Sequence record: PV029745.1
Direction: 5' to 3' (one strand)
DNA length: 64,000 nt
In this document: one piece after another, positions 29,618-39,640 of the stretch
Position numbering within the stretch: the first letter of the stretch is position 1
How the letters are laid out: every line of letters starts with the position of its first letter
Program-made: the position numbers and the translations under genes
The notes under the pieces: generated by a model
What the model was told of the DNA's origin: nothing
What the model saw: only the letters and a program-made list of their open reading frames with translations
The model's database searches: none

Positions 29618-30492
29618 ATAATCTTCCAGCTGTTTTTAAGCAGCTGGAGGTTACTGATAGAGAATTTGTAGACGATACCGCTTTGAAAGATACACCATAT
29701 TTCTATCTTGTTATTGGTACTGACAATACAGGTTCTTTTGTATTAAATGACGTAAAATCTATTTGCATTATTGATTACACTAATAAAGGACCTGGTCCTG
29801 AAACACCAGTATTTGGCGATTGGTGGATTGGTTATTTTGGAACATGTCCAATAGAAGATGTTTTTGATGTAGCTGATTTTAAAACAAGTTTGGCTTTACC
29901 AACTAACTTCACGAATACGGTTGATCAACCAACTGAAGCATGGAAGATACAGTTCAAGGGTGTAACGTATTACATTCCTAACCGAGTTCCATATTCGGGA
30001 ATGTCATTCATGGACGTTTACAGAGCTGGTGTTTTCCTTGATACAGAAGAGGATGGCGTTGGTACATTACCATTGTCTCTTACTAATCCAGCCGTAATGC
30101 AGGGTAAGATCTATTCCAGAAACGGTAATAGTTTTGCAGTTGGATGTATTCCACATGGTGACAAAGTAGTCTATACCAATGCTACTGATGCAATGGTAAG
30201 TCTCCATGTGATGAATGACCTAGCTTTAGATACATTCGAGCGTCTGTTTAATACAGTTGTAAACCCTCCTGGATAATTGTTTTCAGGTTATCAACGCAGC
30301 CGTTATGGTAATCAGTTACCTTCGACGATAGCTCCTTCCAACGGACTGAATATTTTCTATAAAGCTGTAACTGAGGATAACCGTTGTATCCAACGTGGAT
30401 TTAGCACATCTATTGTATACCAGCTTGATAATGTTTTTACGGCTTACGGTAGTAATCGTGGATTTCTTCCAGCATTGCGATTGATTAGGTGA
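29584..30492 (+). pseudogene. paralogous virion structural protein gene with in-frame TAA at 30274-30276 and an uncertain or lost start
   Basis: GPGP..GDWWIGYFG motif; the frame continues after TAA (PPG*LFSGY) to GFLPALRLIR; in-frame YRSTEPFDVNNLP lies upstream of the GTG at 29614. Confidence 0.65.
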
Positions 30493-30553
30493 GACAACAT
30501 AAAGTCCGGCATTGAGCCGGGCGATATGTCTGTTTAGATTAGAGAGTCCAAAC

Positions 30554-30680
30554 ATAGTCGTCAAGGCACCGTAGTTAGATACTCGTCTTTGCTCCCGCAA
30601 ATACTTTAACGTATCATGTTAAAGAATCGGCTGGATCACCCCCTTAAAGTGCAGCGCTATGCGCGACTGCCTTGACTATA
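30554..30680 (-). ncRNA. candidate structured non-coding RNA
   Basis: 9-bp closing stem (30560-30568/30668-30676), 7-bp hairpin, GGGA-tetraloop hairpin on the minus strand; intergenic; bidirectional terminator-like hairpin at ~30505-30522. Confidence 0.3.
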
Positions 30681-30760
30681 TCATTACTGTTTTAGTAATC
30701 TTTTTCTAAATCTTACACGTAGGCCAATTCTATGAATTTACCCCCTAAGGATAAACCCAC

Positions 30761-33700
30761 ATGTTAGACTCATTCCGTTCGATATTTGGCGGCTTGACAG
30801 TCAAAGAAACTGAAACGGAGATTATCATCTCTGGTATTCGTGGATTCGACATAGTCCGAGATATCAGTAAGCATTGGAAGACCTCCAAGATTACAACCAA
30901 CCTGTTTAACAACATTGGCCGGAACTCATTAAGCTTTTATAAGTTCTTTGCTCCTGAAGTAATGTACATGTTGGAAAACATTGTCTATTACCGTTCTCGA
31001 TATACCTCTGTAAAAATGATCGCTGCTATTAAAGATGCGCTTTTACAGAATACTTGGCTTGCCTCTACTAAAGCCATTGATGAGAAATCAGTACAAGGGC
31101 GACTTAATCTAGCTAATCTGGCACGATTAAAATTTGATCCAAAACCGTATCAATTGGAATATTTCAAGAACTATACCTATCGGCTAGATCAATACAATCT
31201 AAATGGTGACTTAATTGCCGCAGCCGCCGGTACGGGTAAGGCACAACCACTAAACACCATGGTTAAAATTCCTGGTGGCTGGAAACGTATGGGTGATATT
31301 CAAGTTGGTGACATGGTCACTGCTTGGGACGGTACCCCGACTAAGGTCACCGGCGTTTACCCACAAGGGAAGAAACAAACTTTTACGGTTACCTTCAAAG
31401 ACGGTCGCACGACCGAAGCATGTGATGAGCACCTATGGCGAGTCTATTGCTATAATTGGACGAGGGATGGTAGCGATGGTTGGCGAGTAATCAACACCGC
31501 CACCCTGTTCGGTTACATGTCTATGAAGTCATACCGGAATCGACTTTACGTGCAACTCTGTAAGTCCGAAGAAGGTATGGATGTCGATCTACCGATCGAT
31601 CCGTATAACCTCGGGGTTATTCTCGGCGATGGTGGGATCAGTTCGAGTTGTGTGACCATTACCAGTGGTGACCCTCAACTATTCGACACGTTCAGTAAAG
31701 CTCTCCCGGATAACCTCAACCTTGTCGCCCGTGACGCCATTACCATGGGGGTCATCAACAAGAAAGGTGAACGTAACCCATATACCAGTGCTCTTCGAGA
31801 TATGAATTTGCTAGGAACGAATTCCCTTTCTAAATTCATTCCGCAAGAATACCTGTTCAGTTCTACTGCCCAGCGATTGGCTCTTGTACAAGGTCTTATG
31901 GACACAGATGGTACAGTTGACGAGAATAGCAACCTCAGTTTCACCAGTTGCAGCTACATGTTAGCCAAGCAGTTCCAGTACCTAGTTCGTTCCCTGGGTG
32001 GCATTGCCAAACTGGCGTTCAAAGAGCCTACATTCACGTATAACGGCGTCAAGAAGTACGGTAACATGTCTTATCGGGTAGCTGTCCGGTTTGATACCCC
32101 CAGTGCACTTTTCCGCCTTGATCGCAAAATAGCTCGATGCAACGACAATAACCAATACGCGGATAATCTTCGTTTACAGGTGAAACATGTTAACCTGTCG
32201 GATCGAGTGGAGTGTCAATGTATTCAGGTTGAACATCCCGATCACCTTTACGTGACCGATGATTTCGTCGTGACACATAACACATATCTTACTTCAGCTA
32301 TTGCCGAGATGCTTGATGCTGAACTCATTGTTGTAATGTGTCCTAAGAATGCTCTGGATCTAGTCTGGTTAGATTCCCTGAAAGAGATGTTCCATAAGCC
32401 GCAAACAGTTTGGCATACGTTCGAACCTAATATGCCCTACAAAGGACAGCGTTGGATCGTCTGTCATTACGATGCAATGGATAAGGTAGTAGAACTTCTT
32501 AGAAACCGTAATATAGTTGGTAGCAAACGTACTGTGACGATCCTTGATGAATCGCACAACATGAATGACCCTAACTCTACACGGACTAAACTTTATCAAC
32601 TCATTGTAAAGATGGTCGGTTCTCGTAATAATCTTTTAGCTTCGGGCACGCCTGTAAAAGCATTGGGTGTTGAACTGATTAACTTACTGCGAATAGTAGA
32701 TCCTCTATTCACTCCTCAGGTAGAAGAACGCTTCAAGAAGATGTATGGTAAAGAAGCATCTAAAGGACTCGATATAATCAGACATCGATTAGGTCTTGTA
32801 TCCTACAAGGTAGAGAAACAAGAACTCGACCTAGAGCCCCCGATCATGCGTCCTTATCCAATTAAAATTCCGAATGGTGATGACTTCACCCTTCCGGCTA
32901 TTAGAAAGGTTATGGAAGCATTTATTCAAGAACGCTGGGCTTACTACAAAAAGCGGAGACCTGAAGATGATAAACGCTGGGCAGAGTTCTGTGGACTCCA
33001 TCGAAAAACCCTCAAAACAGCCGCACAGGAAAGAGCCTTCAAAGAGTACTTGGATCTGGTCAAGTATGTTCAACAGATCCCTGATCCACGCTTTGCAGGA
33101 GAGGAAATTAAAGCAACGAACCAATACGAGAAATTAGTATTTGGACCTTCCCTTCCAAAGCAATTCATCCATGAGTTCAGAGACATCAAATCGGTTATTA
33201 AATATACTAACCTTAAGATTCAAGGTGAATGTCTTGGACGTGTGTTAGGTGGTAAACGTATTGAGTGCCACGTGGCAATGGTCCCGTATGTCGACTGGGT
33301 TGGTATTACAGAATCTACTCACAAGAAGACGATTATGTTTACTAGCTTTGTTGAAGCAGTGGAAGCAGCAGATGCACATTGTGTTAAGCTAGGTATGAAA
33401 CCACTAGCCGTTTATGGGAAGACTACTAATGAACTGGCTGAAATCGTTAAACGCTTTGATTCGGGTAAGGATCTAAATCCACTCAATGCTACATATGCTT
33501 CTCTATCGACGGCTGTTCGCCTGACAATGGCAGATACCTTGATTCTATTGAATAGTCCATTCAGAGCTTATATTCTGGAACAGGCTATATCTCGTGCTTA
33601 TCGTTTAGGTCAAGATTCTCAAGTTGTCGTTTACCAGTGTTCTCTCGATACTGGAGATATCCCAAATATCTCTACCCGATCGGCTGATATTCTTAAATGG

Positions 33701-33916
33701 AGTCAAGATCAGGTAGAAGCGATTATGGGTATCAAATCTCCATTTGAAATTGGAGAAGCAATGGAAGATCATGGTGATGAAACAGAGTTCGATGAGAACA
33801 AAGTAATACACAACGTTCTTCAGAAAGCATTCGAAAAATTCGACATCGAGATTCCGGCAGTTGATTTCGAGATACCCCTTAAACCCAAATCTAATGTTCC
33901 CGCATATTTGCGGTGA
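30761..33916 (+). CDS. SF2 (SNF2-like) helicase interrupted by an intein
   Basis: AAAGTGK|T Walker A, ILDESH, ASGTP, QAISRAYRLGQ. Confidence 0.88.
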   Translation: MLDSFRSIFGGLTVKETETEIIISGIRGFDIVRDISKHWKTSKITTNLFNNIGRNSLSFYKFFAPEVMYMLENIVYYRSRYTSVKMIAAIKDALLQNTWLASTKAIDEKSVQGRLNLANLARLKFDPKPYQLEYFKNYTYRLDQYNLNGDLIAAAAGTGKAQPLNTMVKIPGGWKRMGDIQVGDMVTAWDGTPTKVTGVYPQGKKQTFTVTFKDGRTTEACDEHLWRVYCYNWTRDGSDGWRVINTATLFGYMSMKSYRNRLYVQLCKSEEGMDVDLPIDPYNLGVILGDGGISSSCVTITSGDPQLFDTFSKALPDNLNLVARDAITMGVINKKGERNPYTSALRDMNLLGTNSLSKFIPQEYLFSSTAQRLALVQGLMDTDGTVDENSNLSFTSCSYMLAKQFQYLVRSLGGIAKLAFKEPTFTYNGVKKYGNMSYRVAVRFDTPSALFRLDRKIARCNDNNQYADNLRLQVKHVNLSDRVECQCIQVEHPDHLYVTDDFVVTHNTYLTSAIAEMLDAELIVVMCPKNALDLVWLDSLKEMFHKPQTVWHTFEPNMPYKGQRWIVCHYDAMDKVVELLRNRNIVGSKRTVTILDESHNMNDPNSTRTKLYQLIVKMVGSRNNLLASGTPVKALGVELINLLRIVDPLFTPQVEERFKKMYGKEASKGLDIIRHRLGLVSYKVEKQELDLEPPIMRPYPIKIPNGDDFTLPAIRKVMEAFIQERWAYYKKRRPEDDKRWAEFCGLHRKTLKTAAQERAFKEYLDLVKYVQQIPDPRFAGEEIKATNQYEKLVFGPSLPKQFIHEFRDIKSVIKYTNLKIQGECLGRVLGGKRIECHVAMVPYVDWVGITESTHKKTIMFTSFVEAVEAADAHCVKLGMKPLAVYGKTTNELAEIVKRFDSGKDLNPLNATYASLSTAVRLTMADTLILLNSPFRAYILEQAISRAYRLGQDSQVVVYQCSLDTGDIPNISTRSADILKWSQDQVEAIMGIKSPFEIGEAMEDHGDETEFDENKVIHNVLQKAFEKFDIEIPAVDFEIPLKPKSNVPAYLR
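31241..32281 (+). mobile_element. class 3 intein (347 aa) with LAGLIDADG homing endonuclease
   Basis: Starts AQPLNTMV (Ala1), ends VVTHN followed by Thr; Trp in block B (HLW), Cys in block F (ECQCIQV), Thr in block G; LGVILGDG and LVQGLMDTDG motifs. Confidence 0.9.
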
Positions 33917-33928
33917 TTGGAGTCTACA

Positions 33929-34315
33929 ATGAGTGATACAAATAAAGGTATGATTGCGGCCATCAACCGTTATCTACTTAAGATCGAAGAACTAATCGCT
34001 GGCGGCGGTTCTGGTGGAGGTGGTGCAGCAGCCATCATCTACGAGAGTACAACGGTACCGGCAGGCGGAACTAAGACGTATGATCTTGTTCCTTTGATTC
34101 CAGCTGGTTCAGAGGTACCCCGTGCAGCTTCTGTAGAAGTAAAGATTAGAGATACTGTAAGTGGTTCTCTCACCGAAGGTTGTTACATTGACGCTTCTGC
34201 TGTATTAACCTGGGGTATTAAAGACGATGGTACGTTAGTTATTGCTAACCCGTCGTCTGCCACTGTTGCATACATTGTCATTGTCAGAGCACCCCATAAA
34301 AAAATCGTACCTTAA
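33929..34315 (+). CDS. small virion/tail-associated protein
   Basis: GGAG RBS; Gly linker plus beta-rich domain, upstream of the tail-fibre-like gene. Confidence 0.6.
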   Translation: MSDTNKGMIAAINRYLLKIEELIAGGGSGGGGAAAIIYESTTVPAGGTKTYDLVPLIPAGSEVPRAASVEVKIRDTVSGSLTEGCYIDASAVLTWGIKDDGTLVIANPSSATVAYIVIVRAPHKKIVP

Positions 34316-34327
34316 TAGGAGCCTGAA

Positions 34328-37300
34328 ATGGCATATGCTAACCCTGACAAACAACCTGGGGCCTATCCTAGTACCCAGGTTGTAAAATGGACATTTGATT
34401 CTAATGTCGCTACTAATGGTGTCGCGTATTCTGTTAATGGTTTACCGCCAGTCGTTTCTGAGTATATCGCTTACGATTCTTTAAGCCCGCCTACTCCATT
34501 CATTGCCGTTACCCAAGATGGTAACGGTAACGTTGTTTACGATGGTGGTTTTCCGAAGTTCATGAATCCACAGGCAGCAAACATTTCCATGACTCAGGGT
34601 GTTCTAGATTTCTCAGCTAGACTACAACCTGATGCAAACGGTCTAGACCTTTGCTACTATGAAGTAATTAACAATAAGACTTACATTGTTAAAAGTGGAG
34701 ATGTTCTTGTTTATGACCACTATGTGTTCGATGATGCATATTTTGGTTTAGACTGTACCGTTTATGATGAAACTGGTAATAACCCTGTTAGATTTAGGGA
34801 CTACAGTCCTGTAATCAAAGACAATGGTAACCCCGCTACTGCAACACATCCAGTTATGTGCAGAGACAGGCCAGAATGGAAAAACAAATGGGTAACACGT
34901 ACAGTCCCATTAGAAGCCATTGTTGGTAAGAGATTATCGACTTGGACTGTAGCATTCGAGAACGATGCAGATCCTATCCTTGCAAGAGAGTATCGTGGTC
35001 AGCTGAGAAATGCACGGGTCCTTAATGGAACAACTGTTGCTTTTGATGTCATGACAGATAATCTTGTAGTTAATCCAACAACACCGCAAGATTGGATAGG
35101 TAGTTGGACTGTTACCCGTAAACGTTATCTTGGTCCAGGTAAAAACCTAAACTCTAGTCAGACCTATTTTAAGAACTGTCTTGACTTTATTGCTAACCCT
35201 GCAAAAGTTGCTAGTGGTAATAAAAACATTCTTGTCATAGGTGATGCAACTACTGGTAGCTATGCACTGAAGACCGCGTTCAATGAATACATTACTAAGG
35301 TTGCAGGGGCCGGCGGTTTTACATGTACATTGAAGGATCAGACCGATTATGATGGAACCCATTTAAATCCAACCTTAACGGAATTAAACAATTACGCAGG
35401 GTTGGTATTTGTTGGTTCTTTAAGTGATCCGGATCAATCGGTTAACGGTAAGTTCACGAAAACTGCGGTTCAGGATATTCTTACATATCGGAAAGCCGGT
35501 AATGGTATTTTCATATTCACTGATCATGGTCCAGCTATTAACAGTATTGAAGAAGCATATCCGGTTCCAACTGCAACTAACTGCTTCTTTGTTACTGCTA
35601 ACCAACTTGCTGTAAACTTCAACGCATACTTCAGTGGCTCCGTTGACAGATCAAATGTGAATGTTGGATTTATACGATCGACTTATGGGGATCATGTCCT
35701 TTATAATGATCTAACCGATGGCGATTTTATCGTAGCCGGCGGCAGTGAATCGAGTGTAGTCGTTAAAGAAGTTGTTTTCCAAAAGAAGGATCCAGTAACA
35801 CTGACCCTCAACCCTGGAAAACATACTGTTAACTTCTTGCTGAAGCTTACTAACGGCGACGTCGTTCCAATGACGTTTGTCTACTTGATCGGCGCAGGTA
35901 AGTACGTTATATTCCGAGATAACAAGGGAGTTGAAATTACACAACTACTCAATGACATTTCTGATATCGCTGATATCGTAGTTGAATTGGATGGCACAAG
36001 TGTTGGCTCCATGATAGCGGATATATTCCGTGTAGACATAACTAAAGTAGATCCATTTAGAGATATTAAAGTGGGTACTGCTGTTTACGATCCGGCAACC
36101 GGAAGTCATCAAACTATCTATCCTGTTGATGGTATCTACGTTAACAACGCGGATCTCATTAAGGTACGTATCACTCAACCATTCACTTATGAAGCAACTC
36201 TTCCTGTGACTCGGTATCAACCTCCGATCGCTGGTAAATATGGTCGTGCCGAGAATACACTTCCGTTAATGCCGCGATATAAGACGGGTGGTACTACCAC
36301 TGAGCCAATCTACTCGATCTCTCATATCCAAGTTCCACGGAGAATTATTGAAGAGATCCAAGTTGTTCGACCTGTGTACAACCTTACTGTGATAACGCAG
36401 AGTGTAGCTGATCACTTCAAAAATATCATTAGTTACTTTGCTGGTGAGCTTCCTCGTAACGAAGGGCAAGCATTTGCCTATAAAACCGCTGCTGACACAA
36501 GTGCAGCTCTAGCTCGACTATCTCCACCGACACCTAAGCAAATCTTCGATACATGGGATCGTTTCTATGCTGATGAATATTTTGCTAAAGGTCAAGGTAT
36601 CCCACCGTTCCTTCCCGATGGGACTACCCCTCATCCAGCGGGTCGTTGGTATTGGGACGATACGATCAAAGCTGCTGTAATGCCTGACAATACGAGTTCC
36701 ATTACTGGTTTCCTTTCAGATGAAGAACCAGAACAATACACACTTGAAGTTACATGTCAATCTAACAATGGTGACGACGACTTCTTGGGTGTGGTTCTGG
36801 CGTTTGTTAAAGAGGGCGATCAAAGCCATCATTTGACACTCGCATTGTCTCGTAGTAACTCGAATGGAAATGGACGAGGTAATGAAGCACAGAACATCAT
36901 CTACGATTTGAGTATGGGTACCAGACAGAATATCATTTCTGTTAATACTGGCGATTACTCTAATCAAGGTTGGAACGGTGCTTTCAAACGAGTTAAGGTT
37001 ATTAGGACTGGTGATATATTTAACATCAGTATCTCCAAATGGGGAACGACCGAATATGATCCAACTCTGTCCATGACGGTTGACCTGAACAGTGATCCAC
37101 TATTGGCTAAGTTTAAAGGTCCTAAGAAATACGGTTACATGGCCTTCTCGCAACCGCAATCGTATTTCAAAGACATCGTTTATACTGGACTTCCACGCAA
37201 CATTGTTTGCGATATGGGCTCCAATAAAGTTTATTCTTGGAATGGTACCGGTTGGGTACTAATGCAGAATACAACACCTAAAACGATTTACGGTGCACCA

Positions 37301-37378
37301 CGGGTAATCAGAAGTTTTGAGGACCCAACGCAAGCTTGGAGAATTCCAGTTAATGGAACTCCGGTACCTGTGCAATAA
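34328..37378 (+). CDS. large virion structural/tail-fibre-like protein
   Basis: 1016 aa, beta-rich; DGGFPKF and C-terminal DDDFLGVVLAF lectin-like motif. Confidence 0.65.
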   Translation: MAYANPDKQPGAYPSTQVVKWTFDSNVATNGVAYSVNGLPPVVSEYIAYDSLSPPTPFIAVTQDGNGNVVYDGGFPKFMNPQAANISMTQGVLDFSARLQPDANGLDLCYYEVINNKTYIVKSGDVLVYDHYVFDDAYFGLDCTVYDETGNNPVRFRDYSPVIKDNGNPATATHPVMCRDRPEWKNKWVTRTVPLEAIVGKRLSTWTVAFENDADPILAREYRGQLRNARVLNGTTVAFDVMTDNLVVNPTTPQDWIGSWTVTRKRYLGPGKNLNSSQTYFKNCLDFIANPAKVASGNKNILVIGDATTGSYALKTAFNEYITKVAGAGGFTCTLKDQTDYDGTHLNPTLTELNNYAGLVFVGSLSDPDQSVNGKFTKTAVQDILTYRKAGNGIFIFTDHGPAINSIEEAYPVPTATNCFFVTANQLAVNFNAYFSGSVDRSNVNVGFIRSTYGDHVLYNDLTDGDFIVAGGSESSVVVKEVVFQKKDPVTLTLNPGKHTVNFLLKLTNGDVVPMTFVYLIGAGKYVIFRDNKGVEITQLLNDISDIADIVVELDGTSVGSMIADIFRVDITKVDPFRDIKVGTAVYDPATGSHQTIYPVDGIYVNNADLIKVRITQPFTYEATLPVTRYQPPIAGKYGRAENTLPLMPRYKTGGTTTEPIYSISHIQVPRRIIEEIQVVRPVYNLTVITQSVADHFKNIISYFAGELPRNEGQAFAYKTAADTSAALARLSPPTPKQIFDTWDRFYADEYFAKGQGIPPFLPDGTTPHPAGRWYWDDTIKAAVMPDNTSSITGFLSDEEPEQYTLEVTCQSNNGDDDFLGVVLAFVKEGDQSHHLTLALSRSNSNGNGRGNEAQNIIYDLSMGTRQNIISVNTGDYSNQGWNGAFKRVKVIRTGDIFNISISKWGTTEYDPTLSMTVDLNSDPLLAKFKGPKKYGYMAFSQPQSYFKDIVYTGLPRNIVCDMGSNKVYSWNGTGWVLMQNTTPKTIYGAPRVIRSFEDPTQAWRIPVNGTPVPVQ

Positions 37379-37387
37379 CGGCATAAT

Positions 37388-37407
37388 AGCCTCCCTTCGG
37401 GGAGGCT
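37388..37407 (+). terminator. bidirectional intrinsic terminator between convergent genes
   Basis: AGCCTCCC-TTCG-GGGAGGCT-TTA. Confidence 0.8.
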
Positions 37408-37415
37408 TTATGTTG

Positions 37416-38087
37416 TCAGCCCTTGCTAACGCCCCAGACGCGCTTACGTTGATCCAGAAGCAGAAAGGCATTCTGTGTAAGGACTAGGTGGAAACGGCGC
37501 TTACAGAGTGAAGCAGCGATTGTTTCTACTACACCTTCAAAGTCAAGGTTAGTATCGATAGCAGTTTGCTCAGCTTTCGATTTACGACGGTCAGATTCAC
37601 GATAACGACATTTCCATGTAGTTGTTGCAATCTCAGTACCGCGTTTAACCTTAACTTGAGAACGGTAGAAAACTTCTAGGAGTTTAACTGCTAGTTGTTC
37701 AACATCTTCGATGCGATCATCTGCATTAGATAGAGTCACACAAGAGCTTGCCATGTGTTCATGCGTATCAACACTGTCATTCAGTGCCCGCATTGTTGGA
37801 TCGAAATCAAGACGTTTAACAATGATGTTAATAACATCGCCATCTCGTCTAATTTCAATACAGCGGATGAAGTCGAACATATCAAATTCTTTTTCGATAT
37901 TTCGCATTAGTACTGCAAGTTTTTCAAGCGACTCTTCGTCATCTGTTCCAGAGTGCTTAGTAAAAGCAAATGTTAGATCCGACAGAATTGTCTGTGGATA
38001 ACTCGTGGAGATCAGAAGACGTAAAAGAGATTCGCCTCGGCATTTACGACCGGGTTTACCCGTCATCTGTTCAAGTACAGTTGTCAT
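37416..38087 (-). CDS. hypothetical protein
   Basis: 223-aa ORF. Confidence 0.6.
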   Translation of the reverse strand: MTTVLEQMTGKPGRKCRGESLLRLLISTSYPQTILSDLTFAFTKHSGTDDEESLEKLAVLMRNIEKEFDMFDFIRCIEIRRDGDVINIIVKRLDFDPTMRALNDSVDTHEHMASSCVTLSNADDRIEDVEQLAVKLLEVFYRSQVKVKRGTEIATTTWKCRYRESDRRKSKAEQTAIDTNLDFEGVVETIAASLCKRRFHLVLTQNAFLLLDQRKRVWGVSKG

Positions 38088-38108
38088 TTCTATTTATCCA
38101 AAATGGTT

Positions 38109-38540
38109 TCATGTATAGCCATTCTTTTTAAACCAGTCCTCACGTGTCGCCCTGGCATCGAATAGCGCATTGTGCAAAAGTTTAGATCCTTTACCACTGA
38201 GACGATCATTAATATCAAAAGTCAATGGTTGAATCATAATCCATTTCCCCTTCTCCCCTAATAGAGCTTTGTTAAAATAAATAACGTCATTGGGGTGGTT
38301 AACGATTATATTCATACCGGCAAATTGCGATACAAATTTCTCAAGGCGGATCTGGAATTCTTCAAACGAAATAGGATCTTTCTGAAGAATAGGAATGACG
38401 TTTGCCTTTACCCAGTCGTCTTGAATATGCTTATGTTCGAGTACTTCATAGAACTCTCGGTTGCCATCTTCAGATACAATAGCAAGAGAAATCAAACTAT
38501 CAGTTGGTACGTCAAATTCAGCGTCACAAAAGAATCTCAT
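38109..38540 (-). CDS. DEDDh 3'-5' exonuclease (Rv2179c/RNase AS-like)
   Basis: RFFCDAEF..LISLAIVSEDG.EFY, HNALFDARA. Confidence 0.8.
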   Translation of the reverse strand: MRFFCDAEFDVPTDSLISLAIVSEDGNREFYEVLEHKHIQDDWVKANVIPILQKDPISFEEFQIRLEKFVSQFAGMNIIVNHPNDVIYFNKALLGEKGKWIMIQPLTFDINDRLSGKGSKLLHNALFDARATREDWFKKNGYT

Positions 38541-38616
38541 AGGGAGTGAACCTTTACGATAAGGAAGTCATAAGAATAAGGGACTACGCAAAATAAAAGG
38601 AGCCCGAAGGCTCCAG

Positions 38617-39105
38617 TTATTTTGATAGACCACGGATATTGCGAAGAATCTGACAACTAGCAATAATCTTACCACGAGATACCCTAGAATAATATCCTTG
38701 TGATTCTAGATATTTCTTTGGGTTATCACTGGATAAGGCTTGCTCTAGAATAAATGTATCAATTCCGTAGTTAGTTAGTACAAACTGTGCCACCTCATGA
38801 TCCCAACGTTTCGCAACAGTGGAACTTGCTTTAAGATAAACCTGAGCGGTTTGTTCGGAGTATCCTAAAGCTACCAACCACGCAATTCGACCAGTAGCGT
38901 AAATAAGTCGAGTACGTGTATTCGATGGAACCGCCACGATGTACCCTGTTCCAGGTGACCTCTGTTCTTCTATTGTTCTGATATTCCAGTCACCGATCAT
39001 ACGGGGAATAAGAGATAAGTCATCTCCCTTACCGAAATACCCAATAGATAAACCCTTGGCAACTTGAGAATCAATCTCAGTAGCAGTATTCTGACTAATA
39101 ACCAT
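38617..39105 (-). CDS. hypothetical protein
   Basis: 162 aa; GGAGG RBS. Confidence 0.6.
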   Translation of the reverse strand: MVISQNTATEIDSQVAKGLSIGYFGKGDDLSLIPRMIGDWNIRTIEEQRSPGTGYIVAVPSNTRTRLIYATGRIAWLVALGYSEQTAQVYLKASSTVAKRWDHEVAQFVLTNYGIDTFILEQALSSDNPKKYLESQGYYSRVSRGKIIASCQILRNIRGLSK

Positions 39106-39210
39106 CTTCCCCTCCTGTAGGGGCTACGGTCTCTTCCACAACACGAAAATATATATCCTTATACTTTCATCAGATAAGGCATAAAGCCCGCCCTAAGGCG
39201 AGCTATGCGT

Positions 39211-39573
39211 TTATACAGAGAGTTGTTGCAGGAAGTCGAACTGATAGGCCAGCAGGATTACCCAAAGTACTTTACAGCCAATATGAATCCATTGGTCAGT
39301 ATGGAATCCAATCTTACCATCGCATTTCAGATAATCCGTAATGCAGTGGATAATTGTTTCAGCCGCCCCTAGAACAAAACTACCAGTTACTACGTATACC
39401 CAACCACCATGGATAAGACCATGTGCTGGTAGAACGTAGGGCCAATAGGTCTTACCTAGTTCAGTAGTATGGTTCTTTGCAGCGGCCATAAAATCATTTT
39501 GCATAGCGTAATCGCAGACAGCATGACCGACGAGTAATACGAAGAGAAGTTCGATAAGGGAAAATATTTCCAT
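39211..39573 (-). CDS. DUF3307-like membrane protein
   Basis: LVGHAVCDYAMQ, HGLIH, H..TDY.K, DQWIH with hydrophobic helices. Confidence 0.7.
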   Translation of the reverse strand: MEIFSLIELLFVLLVGHAVCDYAMQNDFMAAAKNHTTELGKTYWPYVLPAHGLIHGGWVYVVTGSFVLGAAETIIHCITDYLKCDGKIGFHTDQWIHIGCKVLWVILLAYQFDFLQQLSV

Positions 39574-39640
39574 GGTGTTGTTCCGGGCGGTGGATATGAG
39601 GCATTGTAGTCTTTACTACATATGGTTACAACTTAAGTAT

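Noticed and set aside
28715-30492. Genome-wide stop-codon reassignment as the cause of the in-frame stops
   Set aside because: Both stops are TAA, which ends many clear genes here (for example rtcB), and very long genes are uninterrupted in the standard code
28715-30492. Diversity-generating retroelement targeting the lectin-like ends
   Set aside because: No reverse transcriptase and no template/variable repeat pair seen in the window
30670-30690. Group I intron S-element-like GATATAGTC on the minus strand
   Set aside because: No matching P7/R partner, no interrupted gene, and the space is too short
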